Shown here piece by piece: positions 28,274 to 37,368 of a DNA stretch of 64,000 bases. The notes beneath the pieces were generated by a model that was not told the origin of the DNA, made no database searches, and was given only the letters and a program-made list of their open reading frames with translations. Both the position numbers and the translations under genes were made by a program. The stretch comes from a bacterium (lineage in GTDB: Bacteria; UBA8248). The stretch is taken from positions 2,400,001 through 2,464,000 of the forward strand of contig CBDBZU010000004.1 of NCBI GenBank assembly GCA_965213625.1. The letters run 5' to 3'. The stretch's first letter is position 1. Each line of letters starts with the position of its first letter.

Positions 28274-29533
28274 TCATGCGAGATAATCCCTGGGGTCCGC
28301 TATCTCGCCCCTCACGGCAGAGGCCGCCACAGTGGCCGCGCTGGCGAGGTAGATACGGGCCTCACGACTACCCATCCTCCCCACGTCGTTTCGCGTCACC
28401 GTGGCGATGCAGGTTTCCCCGTCCGCCAGCGGTCCTCCCCTGCCGATGGCGCAGGGGCCGCATCCGGGCGGGCCCACCATGGCGCCCGCCTCACAGAAAA
28501 CGTCCATCAAACCATCTTCTACGCAGCGGGCGAGCACCTCCTGGCTGCCGGGCGTCACGATCATCCTCACGCCAGGCGCGAGCTTTTTCCCGCGCAGAAT
28601 CCGGGCGGCTTCGGCCATATCCTCATACTGGTCCGCCGCGCACGACCCCAGATATGCGGCATGAATCGGCATCCCGAGTGCCTCTCCCAGCGGGGCCACG
28701 TTCTCGGGTCTCGGCGGAAGCGCTATGGTGGGCTCCATCCCGGAGAGGTTGAACGCGTAAGTTTCTGTAAATGCGGCGTCTGGGTCGCTTCTCGTGGCTT
28801 CAAAGCCGTCTATATTTCTCTCGCGCATCCATGCCGCGACGACGTCATCGGCGGGGATGATGGCGCTTTTCGCACCGATCTCTATCGGCAGGTTGCAGAG
28901 CTTGACGCGCGCGTCGACTCCCAGATGGGCGAGAGCCTCCCCGGTGTACTCGAAGACGCGGTAATCGGCTGTATCCGGGCCGATTTCGTGAATGATGTGG
29001 GCGGCGGCATCGCGGATTCCCACACCCGGCGGGAGTTTTCCGCTCAGATCGATTCGAATCGTCTCGGGCGCCTTGAGCCAATGGCTACCGGTAGCGAGTA
29101 CGGCAGGGAACTCGAAGACGAGCGCGAGGCCGAGACAACCCACCGCGCCATAGTTCGTGACGTGGATGTCATAGGCCAGTACACATTCACCGGGTTTGAT
29201 AAGGCCGATTTCCATAGGAAAAACATGGCCTTGCCCGCGGCCCGGCCCGAAAAAATACTTCACCCCCCAGCGTTTGACGATCCCTCTTATCTGCTTGGCG
29301 CGATTCGCGACGGCGACGGTTTGCGGGATCGTGTCGTGATCGAAGCATACGAACACGCGCTCCGGGTCCCAGGGGCGTTCCACGCCGAGTTCGGTAAGTT
29401 GGCGGTCGGCTTCCACGACATAGAGGTCGTGAATCGTCGCCAAATCGGCCTCCGGGTAGACGATTTCCCCAGCGCGCAATTCGTCTCGGCCCGAGGCTTT
29501 GGCCATGATTTTTTCTGTCAGGGTCATGCCCAT
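28274..29533 (-). CDS. LeuC/homoaconitase-like [4Fe-4S] hydro-lyase large subunit, divergent
   Basis: MGMTLTEKIM, DH, GSC, PGCGPC, RN..GRMG, YLAS.ATVAASA..G.I.DPR. Confidence 0.88.
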   Translation of the reverse strand: MGMTLTEKIMAKASGRDELRAGEIVYPEADLATIHDLYVVEADRQLTELGVERPWDPERVFVCFDHDTIPQTVAVANRAKQIRGIVKRWGVKYFFGPGRGQGHVFPMEIGLIKPGECVLAYDIHVTNYGAVGCLGLALVFEFPAVLATGSHWLKAPETIRIDLSGKLPPGVGIRDAAAHIIHEIGPDTADYRVFEYTGEALAHLGVDARVKLCNLPIEIGAKSAIIPADDVVAAWMRERNIDGFEATRSDPDAAFTETYAFNLSGMEPTIALPPRPENVAPLGEALGMPIHAAYLGSCAADQYEDMAEAARILRGKKLAPGVRMIVTPGSQEVLARCVEDGLMDVFCEAGAMVGPPGCGPCAIGRGGPLADGETCIATVTRNDVGRMGSREARIYLASAATVAASAVRGEIADPRDYLA

Positions 29534-29719
29534 GGCGAATCCTGTCCCTAAATGGAGAGAAACGAGACTAGCACCGGCCTGGAACGCGGACAAGGATGAA
29601 TCATCCTGCCCAGCCGCGCAATAAGAGGCGGAATTTGTTACAATGATTTTTTTTGCGATCAAAGCAAATTATGTGGATATGATTGATAAACGAAGAGTTT
29701 TCGGTTTGGAGGAAATGGC

Positions 29720-31615
29720 ATGGGTTACGCAGAAGTTCACGGTCGCTCCCTCTCGGATGCGCAGGCGTTCTGGGCGGAGGTCGCGGAGGATATCCATTGG
29801 TACAAGAAGTGGGACAAGGTGCTCGATGACTCGAACCCGCCCTTTTACCGCTGGTTCTCTGGAGGCGAGGTCAACACCTGCTACAACGCTGTCGATAGGC
29901 ACGTCGAGGAGGGACGCGGGGATCAACTCGCCCTGATATACGACACACCCATCACGGGTGAACCCACTCAGAAGATTACCTACGGGGAATTGCAGCACAA
30001 GGTGGCGCATTTCGCCGGCGCTCTCAAGGCCCAGGGGGTGGAAAAGGGTGATCGCGTCATCATCTACATGCCGATGGTGCCCGAAGCCGCCATCGCCATG
30101 CTGGCCTGCGCGCGCATCGGCGCGGTGCACTCGGTCGTTTTCGGCGGATTCGCGCCGAACGAACTGGCCACACGCATCGAAGACGCGAAACCCAAGCTCA
30201 TGATATCCGCCTCGTGCGGGGTCGAACCATCGGGCGTCATCGCCTACAAGCCCCTGCTCGATGAAGCGATTAACTTATCCAGCACGAAGCCTGAAAAGTG
30301 CATCATCTTACAGCGCTCCCAGGTAGAGGCGGAACTCATCGAGGGACAAGACATCGAGTGGAGCGATTCGCTCGAAGGCGTAGAGCCTGCGGACTGCGTG
30401 CCCGTCGCCGCTACGGATCCGTTGTATATCCTCTACACCTCGGGCACGACGGGCGAGCCCAAGGGCGTGGTGCGGGACAACGGCGGCCACATGGTGGCGC
30501 TCAAGTGGTCGATGAGAAACGTGTACGACGTGTCGCCGGGTCAGGTGTTCTGGGCGGCGTCCGACGTCGGCTGGGTGGTTGGGCATTCCTATATCGTATA
30601 CGCGCCGCTGGTGCATGGCTGCACCACTATCCTCTTCGAAGGCAAGCCCGTGGGCACGCCCGACGCAGGCGTATTCTGGCGAATCATCTCCGAGCACGGT
30701 GTGGAAGTCTTCTTCACCGCGCCCACGGCGTTCCGTGCGATCAAGCGAGACGACCCCGACGCCGAACTCATGAGAAATTACGACCTCAGCCGTTTCCGCA
30801 TTCTTTTCCTGGCCGGGGAGCGCTCGGACTCGGATACCATCCAGTGGGCGGAGGAGCATCTCCAGGTGCCGGTCATCGACCATTACTGGCAGACGGAGAC
30901 CGGCTGGCCGATGCTGGCGAATCCCATGGGTATCGAGCACATGCCCGTCAAGTACGGCTCTCCTTCGAAGGCGGTGCCCGGCTATGATTTCAAGGTGCTC
31001 GACAGCGAGTGCCGCGAGCTGGGCGCGGGAGAAATGGGCGCGCTGTGCGTCAGTCTTCCCCTGCCACCCGGGTGTCTGCCAACGCTGTGGAACGCGGACG
31101 ACCGCTACATCGACTCCTATCTGAGCGAATACCCGGGCTTCTACAAGACGGGCGATGCCGGATACATGGATGCGGAGGGCTACGTCTACGTGATGTCGAG
31201 GACGGACGACATCATCAACGTGGCGGGCCACAGGCTCTCCACGGGCGCGATGGAAGAGGTCCTCTCGACCCACCCCGCCGTGGCCGAGTGCGCAGTCATC
31301 GGCGTGAAGGACCAGCTCAAGGGCCAGCTCCCGCTTGGCTTCCTGGTGCTCAAGGCGGGTGTGGAGAAGGAAAACGAAGAAATCGTCACCGAGGTGGTGC
31401 AACTTGTTCGAAGTCAAATTGGCGCGGTGGCCTCCTTCCGCCAGGCGACGGTGGTGAAACGCCTGCCCAAGACGCGCTCGGGCAAGATTCTGCGGGGAAC
31501 GATGTCGAACATCGCCGATGGCGAGGAATACAAGATGCCGGCCACAATCGACGACCCGGCCATCCTGCCCGAGATAACAGAAGCCCTCGCCGGGCTGGGG
31601 TATCCCTTCGACTAG
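29720..31615 (+). CDS. prpE: Propionyl-CoA synthetase (AMP-forming)
   Basis: YTSGTTGEPKGVVRDNGGH, ASDVGWVVGHSY, EGKPVGTPDAG, LPKTRSGKILR, P.TIDDP. Confidence 0.88.
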   Translation: MGYAEVHGRSLSDAQAFWAEVAEDIHWYKKWDKVLDDSNPPFYRWFSGGEVNTCYNAVDRHVEEGRGDQLALIYDTPITGEPTQKITYGELQHKVAHFAGALKAQGVEKGDRVIIYMPMVPEAAIAMLACARIGAVHSVVFGGFAPNELATRIEDAKPKLMISASCGVEPSGVIAYKPLLDEAINLSSTKPEKCIILQRSQVEAELIEGQDIEWSDSLEGVEPADCVPVAATDPLYILYTSGTTGEPKGVVRDNGGHMVALKWSMRNVYDVSPGQVFWAASDVGWVVGHSYIVYAPLVHGCTTILFEGKPVGTPDAGVFWRIISEHGVEVFFTAPTAFRAIKRDDPDAELMRNYDLSRFRILFLAGERSDSDTIQWAEEHLQVPVIDHYWQTETGWPMLANPMGIEHMPVKYGSPSKAVPGYDFKVLDSECRELGAGEMGALCVSLPLPPGCLPTLWNADDRYIDSYLSEYPGFYKTGDAGYMDAEGYVYVMSRTDDIINVAGHRLSTGAMEEVLSTHPAVAECAVIGVKDQLKGQLPLGFLVLKAGVEKENEEIVTEVVQLVRSQIGAVASFRQATVVKRLPKTRSGKILRGTMSNIADGEEYKMPATIDDPAILPEITEALAGLGYPFD

Positions 31616-31650
31616 GCGGCGCCGAGGATTTATGAATGCACAGCCGTCAG

Positions 31651-31680
31651 GGTGACGTTCCCCAGTCACCAGGTTTTTTC
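31651..31680 (+). terminator. Possible terminator after prpE
   Basis: GGTGAC-N8-GTCACC followed by AGGTTTTTT. Confidence 0.45.
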
Positions 31681-31836
31681 GCCGGATGCGTTTTCGTGCG
31701 CCTGCACCAGGATCGGCCGGAATCAATTCGCGGGTAATTCTCTGGATTTCGGGTTCAGCGCGAGGGGGAGAGTGGGTGTGATACTCGCCCCCGGCTGCCG
31801 TATCGCGCAGCGCCGCTCGCACCTTCCTTTTGTGGG

Positions 31837-32739
31837 GTGATTTTGCTCAAATCCTTAGACCCGAACCTCCTGTCTTTCATCGCGGCGTTTTTCGTCGCCA
31901 TCTCTCAGGTATTCTATCGAAAAGCGTTGATCCACATCGGACCCGCGATTGCGGCCATCGCGATGAACGTTCTCTCCGCGATGTTGGCGAGCGTGCTCTA
32001 CCTCGCTTGGGACGAAAGCGTTACATGGCACTTAAAGGGTGTCATGTGGTACATGCTCATCGGCCTGTTCGGGAGTTCGGTCGGGCGGTACATGATTTTC
32101 GGCTCGATGCGCCTGATCGGCCTGGCGCGAACGCAGATTATGGTGCAGTCGGTTCTGGTGTGGTCGGCGCTCATGGGGGTGTTCATTCTGGGCGAGCGGT
32201 TCTCGTCGGGCGTAGCCGTCGGTACGCTGGCGATCATGATCGGGGCAATTCTTCTCGTCTACAAAAGAGAGTACTCCAAAAGAGAATCGGGTGAGAATGA
32301 TGTTTCACTCCTTTACTTTCTCGTTCCGGTAATCGCCTCCTTCCTGTTTTCCCTTACGTTTGTTTTCAGAAAATACGCCCTCCTCCTCATACCTTCTGAA
32401 TCTTTGGGAATTGCGATTTCCACCACCACTGCGTCTGTCCTGCTCCTTCTCGCCATGCCGTTCACGAAGGAAGAAGGAGGGATGAAAGGCTGGAGCCTCA
32501 GAGGACTGGTGACGATAGCCTGCGGGGTTCTCGCGAATATAATCGCCGCCCTCTGCTTCTGGACGGCGTTCAGGGAGGGGGAGGTAGTGCAGGTGATACC
32601 CATCAACCGCCTCTCCGTCTTGTGGGTCATCGTCTTCTCCTGGTTTTTTCTGAAAAAACAGGAGAGCGTCACGCTGCGCATCGTGATAGGCGGCGTCCTG
32701 TCCGTGGTGGGCGCGTTTGCGATTGCGTGGGGGAAGTAA
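31837..32739 (+). CDS. DMT/EamA family transporter
   Basis: About 10 TM helices, duplicated EamA repeats, ILGE motif. Confidence 0.85.
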   Translation: MILLKSLDPNLLSFIAAFFVAISQVFYRKALIHIGPAIAAIAMNVLSAMLASVLYLAWDESVTWHLKGVMWYMLIGLFGSSVGRYMIFGSMRLIGLARTQIMVQSVLVWSALMGVFILGERFSSGVAVGTLAIMIGAILLVYKREYSKRESGENDVSLLYFLVPVIASFLFSLTFVFRKYALLLIPSESLGIAISTTTASVLLLLAMPFTKEEGGMKGWSLRGLVTIACGVLANIIAALCFWTAFREGEVVQVIPINRLSVLWVIVFSWFFLKKQESVTLRIVIGGVLSVVGAFAIAWGK

Positions 32740-32775
32740 AAGGGAGTTTCACCACTTGATGTGTGAGCGTCCGGC

Positions 32776-33384
32776 CTATTCCTCCACCCATTTGGCGGAG
32801 AAAGGCACATCCCCGCCCAGGGTGATGCCTGCATCCGAATCCGCCCAGTCGGCGTAGAAAAGAAGCGCTGCTTCGTAGCTGTTCGAGCGCGTATTGCTCG
32901 TGCGCGTGTGGGTGATGACCAGATGCGCCAGTTCCAGGGCCTTTGGCAGGCCCTTGGCCCAGACTTTATGCACCCCGTAGACGCCGTGTTGGATTTTCTC
33001 GCCGAATTCGGTGATTTTCCCGGGCGGTACGCTCGTGCCCGTGGGAGGGCCGCCGGGGTTGGGCGCGGATTCCAAAGGTTTCGAGATGTCGTGCAGGATG
33101 CACGAGGCGATGAGCAGGTCGCGGTCGACCTTAATTCCGTGGAGTCTTTCGGCGATATCGGCCAGAGCGAGCGCCATCTGGGTTACGCCCTGAACGTGGC
33201 CGATGAGCGTCATGTGTTTTTCTTCTTTCAGGTTTTTGGGAATATCCTCAAAACGCTCCCAGGCGGTTTCCCGGGCCAGGTCCAGCCAGATGTCGATTAC
33301 CCCATCACGCAACTTGGGGTCTTCGATTTGCTCCACCTCGGGGAAGAGAGCTCGAATCTCATCCGCGTTCGTCTGGATCGCCAT
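32776..33384 (-). CDS. HD domain protein
   Basis: LIGHV, DRDLL...ILHDISK, H, H...TH, AD..D. Confidence 0.85.
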   Translation of the reverse strand: MAIQTNADEIRALFPEVEQIEDPKLRDGVIDIWLDLARETAWERFEDIPKNLKEEKHMTLIGHVQGVTQMALALADIAERLHGIKVDRDLLIASCILHDISKPLESAPNPGGPPTGTSVPPGKITEFGEKIQHGVYGVHKVWAKGLPKALELAHLVITHTRTSNTRSNSYEAALLFYADWADSDAGITLGGDVPFSAKWVEE

Positions 33385-33407
33385 TTCTTCTCTCCGCGCT
33401 GTCTTTC

Positions 33408-33722
33408 CTATGCGTCCGGGACTTCGAGGCCGACCAGGGGTCCGAACTGCTGGCCGCCGTAACAATCACCGTCTTCCAGGTCGCAGGAGAACACGGGACG
33501 GGGGATGGATATCTTAATCGCGCGCGCGGCGTCGTGCTGCACGAGCAGCACTTTCTCCTCCGCCAGATTGTAGAGGCGGCAGAACACCTCTTTCGAGAGG
33601 ACTCCTGAATTCACCACTTGCCGGTAAGTTTCTTCTTCATCGAACATGACGTCGAATGTGAGGTTGAACGGCCCTGCGTTTTTCGAGCGGATGAGTTTTG
33701 CGAGTTCCCCGAGCGTGGCCAT
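33408..33722 (-). CDS. DUF4387 family protein
   Basis: L.ELA.LIRSKNAGPF.LTFD.MF, AIKISIPR, D.YGGQQ..PL. Confidence 0.88.
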   Translation of the reverse strand: MATLGELAKLIRSKNAGPFNLTFDVMFDEEETYRQVVNSGVLSKEVFCRLYNLAEEKVLLVQHDAARAIKISIPRPVFSCDLEDGDCYGGQQFGPLVGLEVPDA

Positions 33723-35098
33723 CAGTTCGCCACCTCCATCATCTCGCTTTGGAACATCTCGTAGGGGTCGTCCGGGTAGACGATGTGATTCAGGTTGAAG
33801 CGGTAGACGGGGCCCTTTTCGATTTCCGCCGGCGTGAAGGGAAATGCCAGCGTCGAAATAAGACCGCCCCATTCGGGAATGGGGTAGTGGAGCGCGAAAT
33901 GGGCCAGAGTGGCCGCCATGGTGTTGGCGGATACCTGGTCCTCCGCCGTCACCTCGAAGAGAACGCCCACCTCGTGGGGAATTCGTCCAGCCTCGGGTTC
34001 GAGCGTTCCCATCACGGCGTCGCGTCCGAATACACGGATGTGGAGTTGATAGGCGGGCGGCGTTTCGTGGTCAGGGAAAATTTCCTGAACGCGCGTCTCA
34101 AAGCCCTCCCGGATGCCGTCGAGCCAGGAGTCGAGTTGCTTGAGGATCATGGGGTCGCGCACCCCGCCGATGATCACCGACTGGTAGCCGACGAGTTCTG
34201 CCCCTTCGAGCTTTATGGAATACCGCTCAGCCGTATGAAACTCAGACCCTCCCACGCGAACGGCACGTTCACTCTCCGCCGAGTAGGCCGAGTGGGTCGT
34301 GTCCAGGACTCCCGCGGGTTCGGTGATGCGGTAAGGGTCTGTGTTCTCATACAGGGTGTGCGAAGCCACGCTCTGCGGGGTGCAGTACATCTGGGGGTTG
34401 AGTGGTTCGACCACAAAATGATCGTCGCGAATCCAGGCGAAACACCCATCCGGTCGCGCACGGTGCACGGCGCAAGCCGCGCCGCATTCGAGAATCTTGG
34501 CCGCATGCCAGGAAAGTCCCCGGTCCGCACCCATTCGGACAGGATGGCAGGCGAAGACCGAGGTGTCGGAAGCCCTGCCGGTCAGCACGACATCCGCTCC
34601 CTCATCGAGCGCACGGGCGATGGGTTCATCGCCCATCATACCGACGATGTGCGCGCTCTTTTCGATTATCTCCTCATCGAGCGGAGGGGCCGGATCGAGC
34701 GCCTGTATGCGACCTTCCCTGTATCTTTTCTTGAGGTACGCCTTGTCCTGTTCACCGTGGACCAGAGCGAGGTTGAAGCTCATTCCCTCTTCATTGGCGA
34801 TTTCGAGACAAATATCGCGCGCCCACTCGAGGCCCGCATCACCGCCCCCCGTGCCGCATGAACCCACGATCATGGGGACGCCCAGGCGTTCGCGCCCTTG
34901 GAGCATGAGCTTTAAGTCTCGCTTGGTCGCCGAGCGGGAGAAGTTCGGTTTTCCCGCGCCGAGAAAGGCCGGTCCGTTGTCCGTCGAACCCCCGTCGCAG
35001 GCGATGACGTGGGGCTTCATGGACAATCCGCGCTCGAAGGAGCTTTGGGGAAAACCGGAGCCGATTACGCCGCAAGGGGATAGTACACGCGCTTCCAA
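33722..35098 (-). CDS. Acyclic terpene utilization AtuA (DUF1446) family protein
   Basis: DGGSTD.GP..LG.G, GSCGTGG, MG.EP, GRASD, AKILECG, SVASH.LYEN; TTG start after GGAG. Confidence 0.88.
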   Translation of the reverse strand: MEARVLSPCGVIGSGFPQSSFERGLSMKPHVIACDGGSTDNGPAFLGAGKPNFSRSATKRDLKLMLQGRERLGVPMIVGSCGTGGGDAGLEWARDICLEIANEEGMSFNLALVHGEQDKAYLKKRYREGRIQALDPAPPLDEEIIEKSAHIVGMMGDEPIARALDEGADVVLTGRASDTSVFACHPVRMGADRGLSWHAAKILECGAACAVHRARPDGCFAWIRDDHFVVEPLNPQMYCTPQSVASHTLYENTDPYRITEPAGVLDTTHSAYSAESERAVRVGGSEFHTAERYSIKLEGAELVGYQSVIIGGVRDPMILKQLDSWLDGIREGFETRVQEIFPDHETPPAYQLHIRVFGRDAVMGTLEPEAGRIPHEVGVLFEVTAEDQVSANTMAATLAHFALHYPIPEWGGLISTLAFPFTPAEIEKGPVYRFNLNHIVYPDDPYEMFQSEMMEVAN

Positions 35099-35261
35099 GA
35101 TTGATTTCACTCCATACAGGTGAGACACATGCGCATCCTGCGCATGAAGCACGCCCCGAGGTTGCTTCGATGCTGGATGCTGCCAAGTCATTATAGCGAG
35201 CAAGCATCCTACACCGGTTTTCTCGTGAGAGAAAGACAGAAGACGAATCAGGCGCGCGGCG

Positions 35262-35963
35262 CTATTCCCCGTTTAATTTTCGGCGAACCGCAAGGAGCGC
35301 GGCCAGGTTGCTCGTCATCACAGGGAGGTCGGGGTAGCGGGCATGAATCTCAGGTAAAGCGTCCACGGCGGGCAGGTTCGTGCAGGAGACGAAAAGACAA
35401 TCCGCTTTTTTCAGGTTTTGGGTGGAGAGTTTCTCGTCAGCGAATTTGAGGAGCTTATCCGCCCGCGTGTTTCCGATCTCGATGTTGTCCGTTATCCCCA
35501 TGCCGTCTATCGAGAGTACCTCCATGCCGTCTTCTTCGAGCGACGCGCGTATGGGCCTGTTTAACTCATCGACGTAAGGTGTAAGCACCACGAGTTTCTT
35601 CGCGTTCATATCGGCGAATTCACACGCGAGCGCCGAGAGTATGGTGGCCGTCTCGGCGCCGGTTTCTTCCTCGATTTGTGCTTTTATCTTCTGGTCATGC
35701 GCCTGTCCGAAGAGCGCGCCGCCCGACGTGCATCCAAATACGCAAAAATGCGGCTCCACCGTCTTGAGCATCCGGTTCGCCTCGGGCAGGGATTCCTCGA
35801 GCATTCGGATTTCGGCCTGTTTCGTCGTCTCGTCCAAAAACATGCGGGAGGTGGCGGTGAAGACTCCCTCCGGCAGATTCCTGTGAAAATCTCGCTCCAT
35901 CGTTGCGTTCGAGGAGGGAACAAGAAGGCCGACCCGGAACTGGGCTCCATTTATCGCGTTCAT
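35262..35963 (-). CDS. Maleate isomerase / arylmalonate decarboxylase (Asp/Glu racemase) family
   Basis: GLLVPSSN.TME, FGCTSG, LTPY, SCTNL, SN. Confidence 0.9.
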   Translation of the reverse strand: MNAINGAQFRVGLLVPSSNATMERDFHRNLPEGVFTATSRMFLDETTKQAEIRMLEESLPEANRMLKTVEPHFCVFGCTSGGALFGQAHDQKIKAQIEEETGAETATILSALACEFADMNAKKLVVLTPYVDELNRPIRASLEEDGMEVLSIDGMGITDNIEIGNTRADKLLKFADEKLSTQNLKKADCLFVSCTNLPAVDALPEIHARYPDLPVMTSNLAALLAVRRKLNGE

Positions 35964-36179
35964 CACGAACTCCAGGGCAGGTGATGGAATCAGGAATTGT
36001 AGAGCAATTCGATGGGTGAGCAAACCGGGATTAGCTGGGACATTGCGTTCGCGGTGCGGAATTGTTTCGAGGGGATACCTGTGCCTCGCCTCGAAACAAA
36101 AGGTGTTGTAAAACTTGTGGTGCTGCGCCTTTTTCGTAATTTGCAATGGTATCACTTTCATATATCGGAAGGGATTTTC

Positions 36180-37331
36180 GTGGATTTTGGGCTCGAAGAA
36201 TCGGATCGCCTGCTCCAGCAGACGGCGCGAGAACTGGCGATAAGAGAATTCGCAGGAGATGCCTTCTCCTATGCGCGAACGGGCGAGTACCCCCGGCGCT
36301 CCATGAAGATGTTGGCCGAGCACGGCATGATGGGGATGACGGTGGCCGAACCGCACGGTGGGGGCCAATCGATTTTCGAAGCCTGCCTGGTGATGGAGGC
36401 GGTCTCGCAGGTGTGTCCCCACAGCGGCGACGTGGTGCAGATGGGGAACATGGGGCCCATCCGCGTGATAGACGAGTTGGGCACAGCCGAGCAGAAGGAG
36501 CGCTTTCTGCCTCCGATATGCCGGGGGGAGAGAGTAATCTCCATCAGCATGACGGAGCCCGACGCCGGTTCGGCCGCTACGGAATTACAGACCACGGCGG
36601 AATATGACGGCGAGAGCGTTCTCGTGAATGGCCAAAAGTGCTTCAGTTCCAACGCCCCGCACGCGGACTTGTTCGTCGTATACGTGCGCTTTGGCCCCAG
36701 GACGCGTGATTGCGGGGCTGTCGTGGTGGAGACGGGAACGCCAGGCTTCACGAAGGGAAAGACCGAACACTACATGAGCGGGGAGGCGCACTGCGCGCTT
36801 CATTTCGAGAACGCCCGTATCCCCAGGCAGAACGTGCTGGTCGATGAGGAGGGTTTCCGGGTGCTCATGCCCGTGTTCAACGTTGAGCGGCTCGGAAACG
36901 CCACGCGCTGCCTTGCCCTGGCGCAGGCGGCATACGATATGACGGTCGCCCACACCAGCGAGAGACGCCAGTTCGATCGCCCCTTGTGCGAGTTCCAGGG
37001 AGTGCAGTGGATGGTGGCGGATATGCGGGTGAAGCTCGAAGCGGCGCGCCTGCTCCTCTATCGCGCGCTATCGAACGCGCGCGCGGGCCTGCCATCGGCG
37101 GTGGAGACGACGAGCGCCAAGCTCTACTGCAACGAGATGGCGCGCCAGGTGGCGGACGACGCGATCCAGCTTCACGGCGGCTATGGCTTTTCGACCGAGA
37201 TGCCGCTCGAGTTCCTCTACCGCAAGATCCGCGGGTGGTCCATCGCGGGTGGCTCCACCGAGATGTTGAGAAACCGCCTGGCTTCCCTGATCTACGAGCG
37301 CCCCTTCAGCCAGCGTCCGCCCAGGGCGTAA
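36180..37331 (+). CDS. Acyl-CoA dehydrogenase
   Basis: MTEPDAGS, NGQKCF, ER, R.QF.RP...FQ.VQ, AIQLHGGYG, I.GGS.EM. Confidence 0.92.
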   Translation: MDFGLEESDRLLQQTARELAIREFAGDAFSYARTGEYPRRSMKMLAEHGMMGMTVAEPHGGGQSIFEACLVMEAVSQVCPHSGDVVQMGNMGPIRVIDELGTAEQKERFLPPICRGERVISISMTEPDAGSAATELQTTAEYDGESVLVNGQKCFSSNAPHADLFVVYVRFGPRTRDCGAVVVETGTPGFTKGKTEHYMSGEAHCALHFENARIPRQNVLVDEEGFRVLMPVFNVERLGNATRCLALAQAAYDMTVAHTSERRQFDRPLCEFQGVQWMVADMRVKLEAARLLLYRALSNARAGLPSAVETTSAKLYCNEMARQVADDAIQLHGGYGFSTEMPLEFLYRKIRGWSIAGGSTEMLRNRLASLIYERPFSQRPPRA

Positions 37332-37368
37332 CTTAATCCGCGATGAATTTTAGGGGATTCTCCTGATC

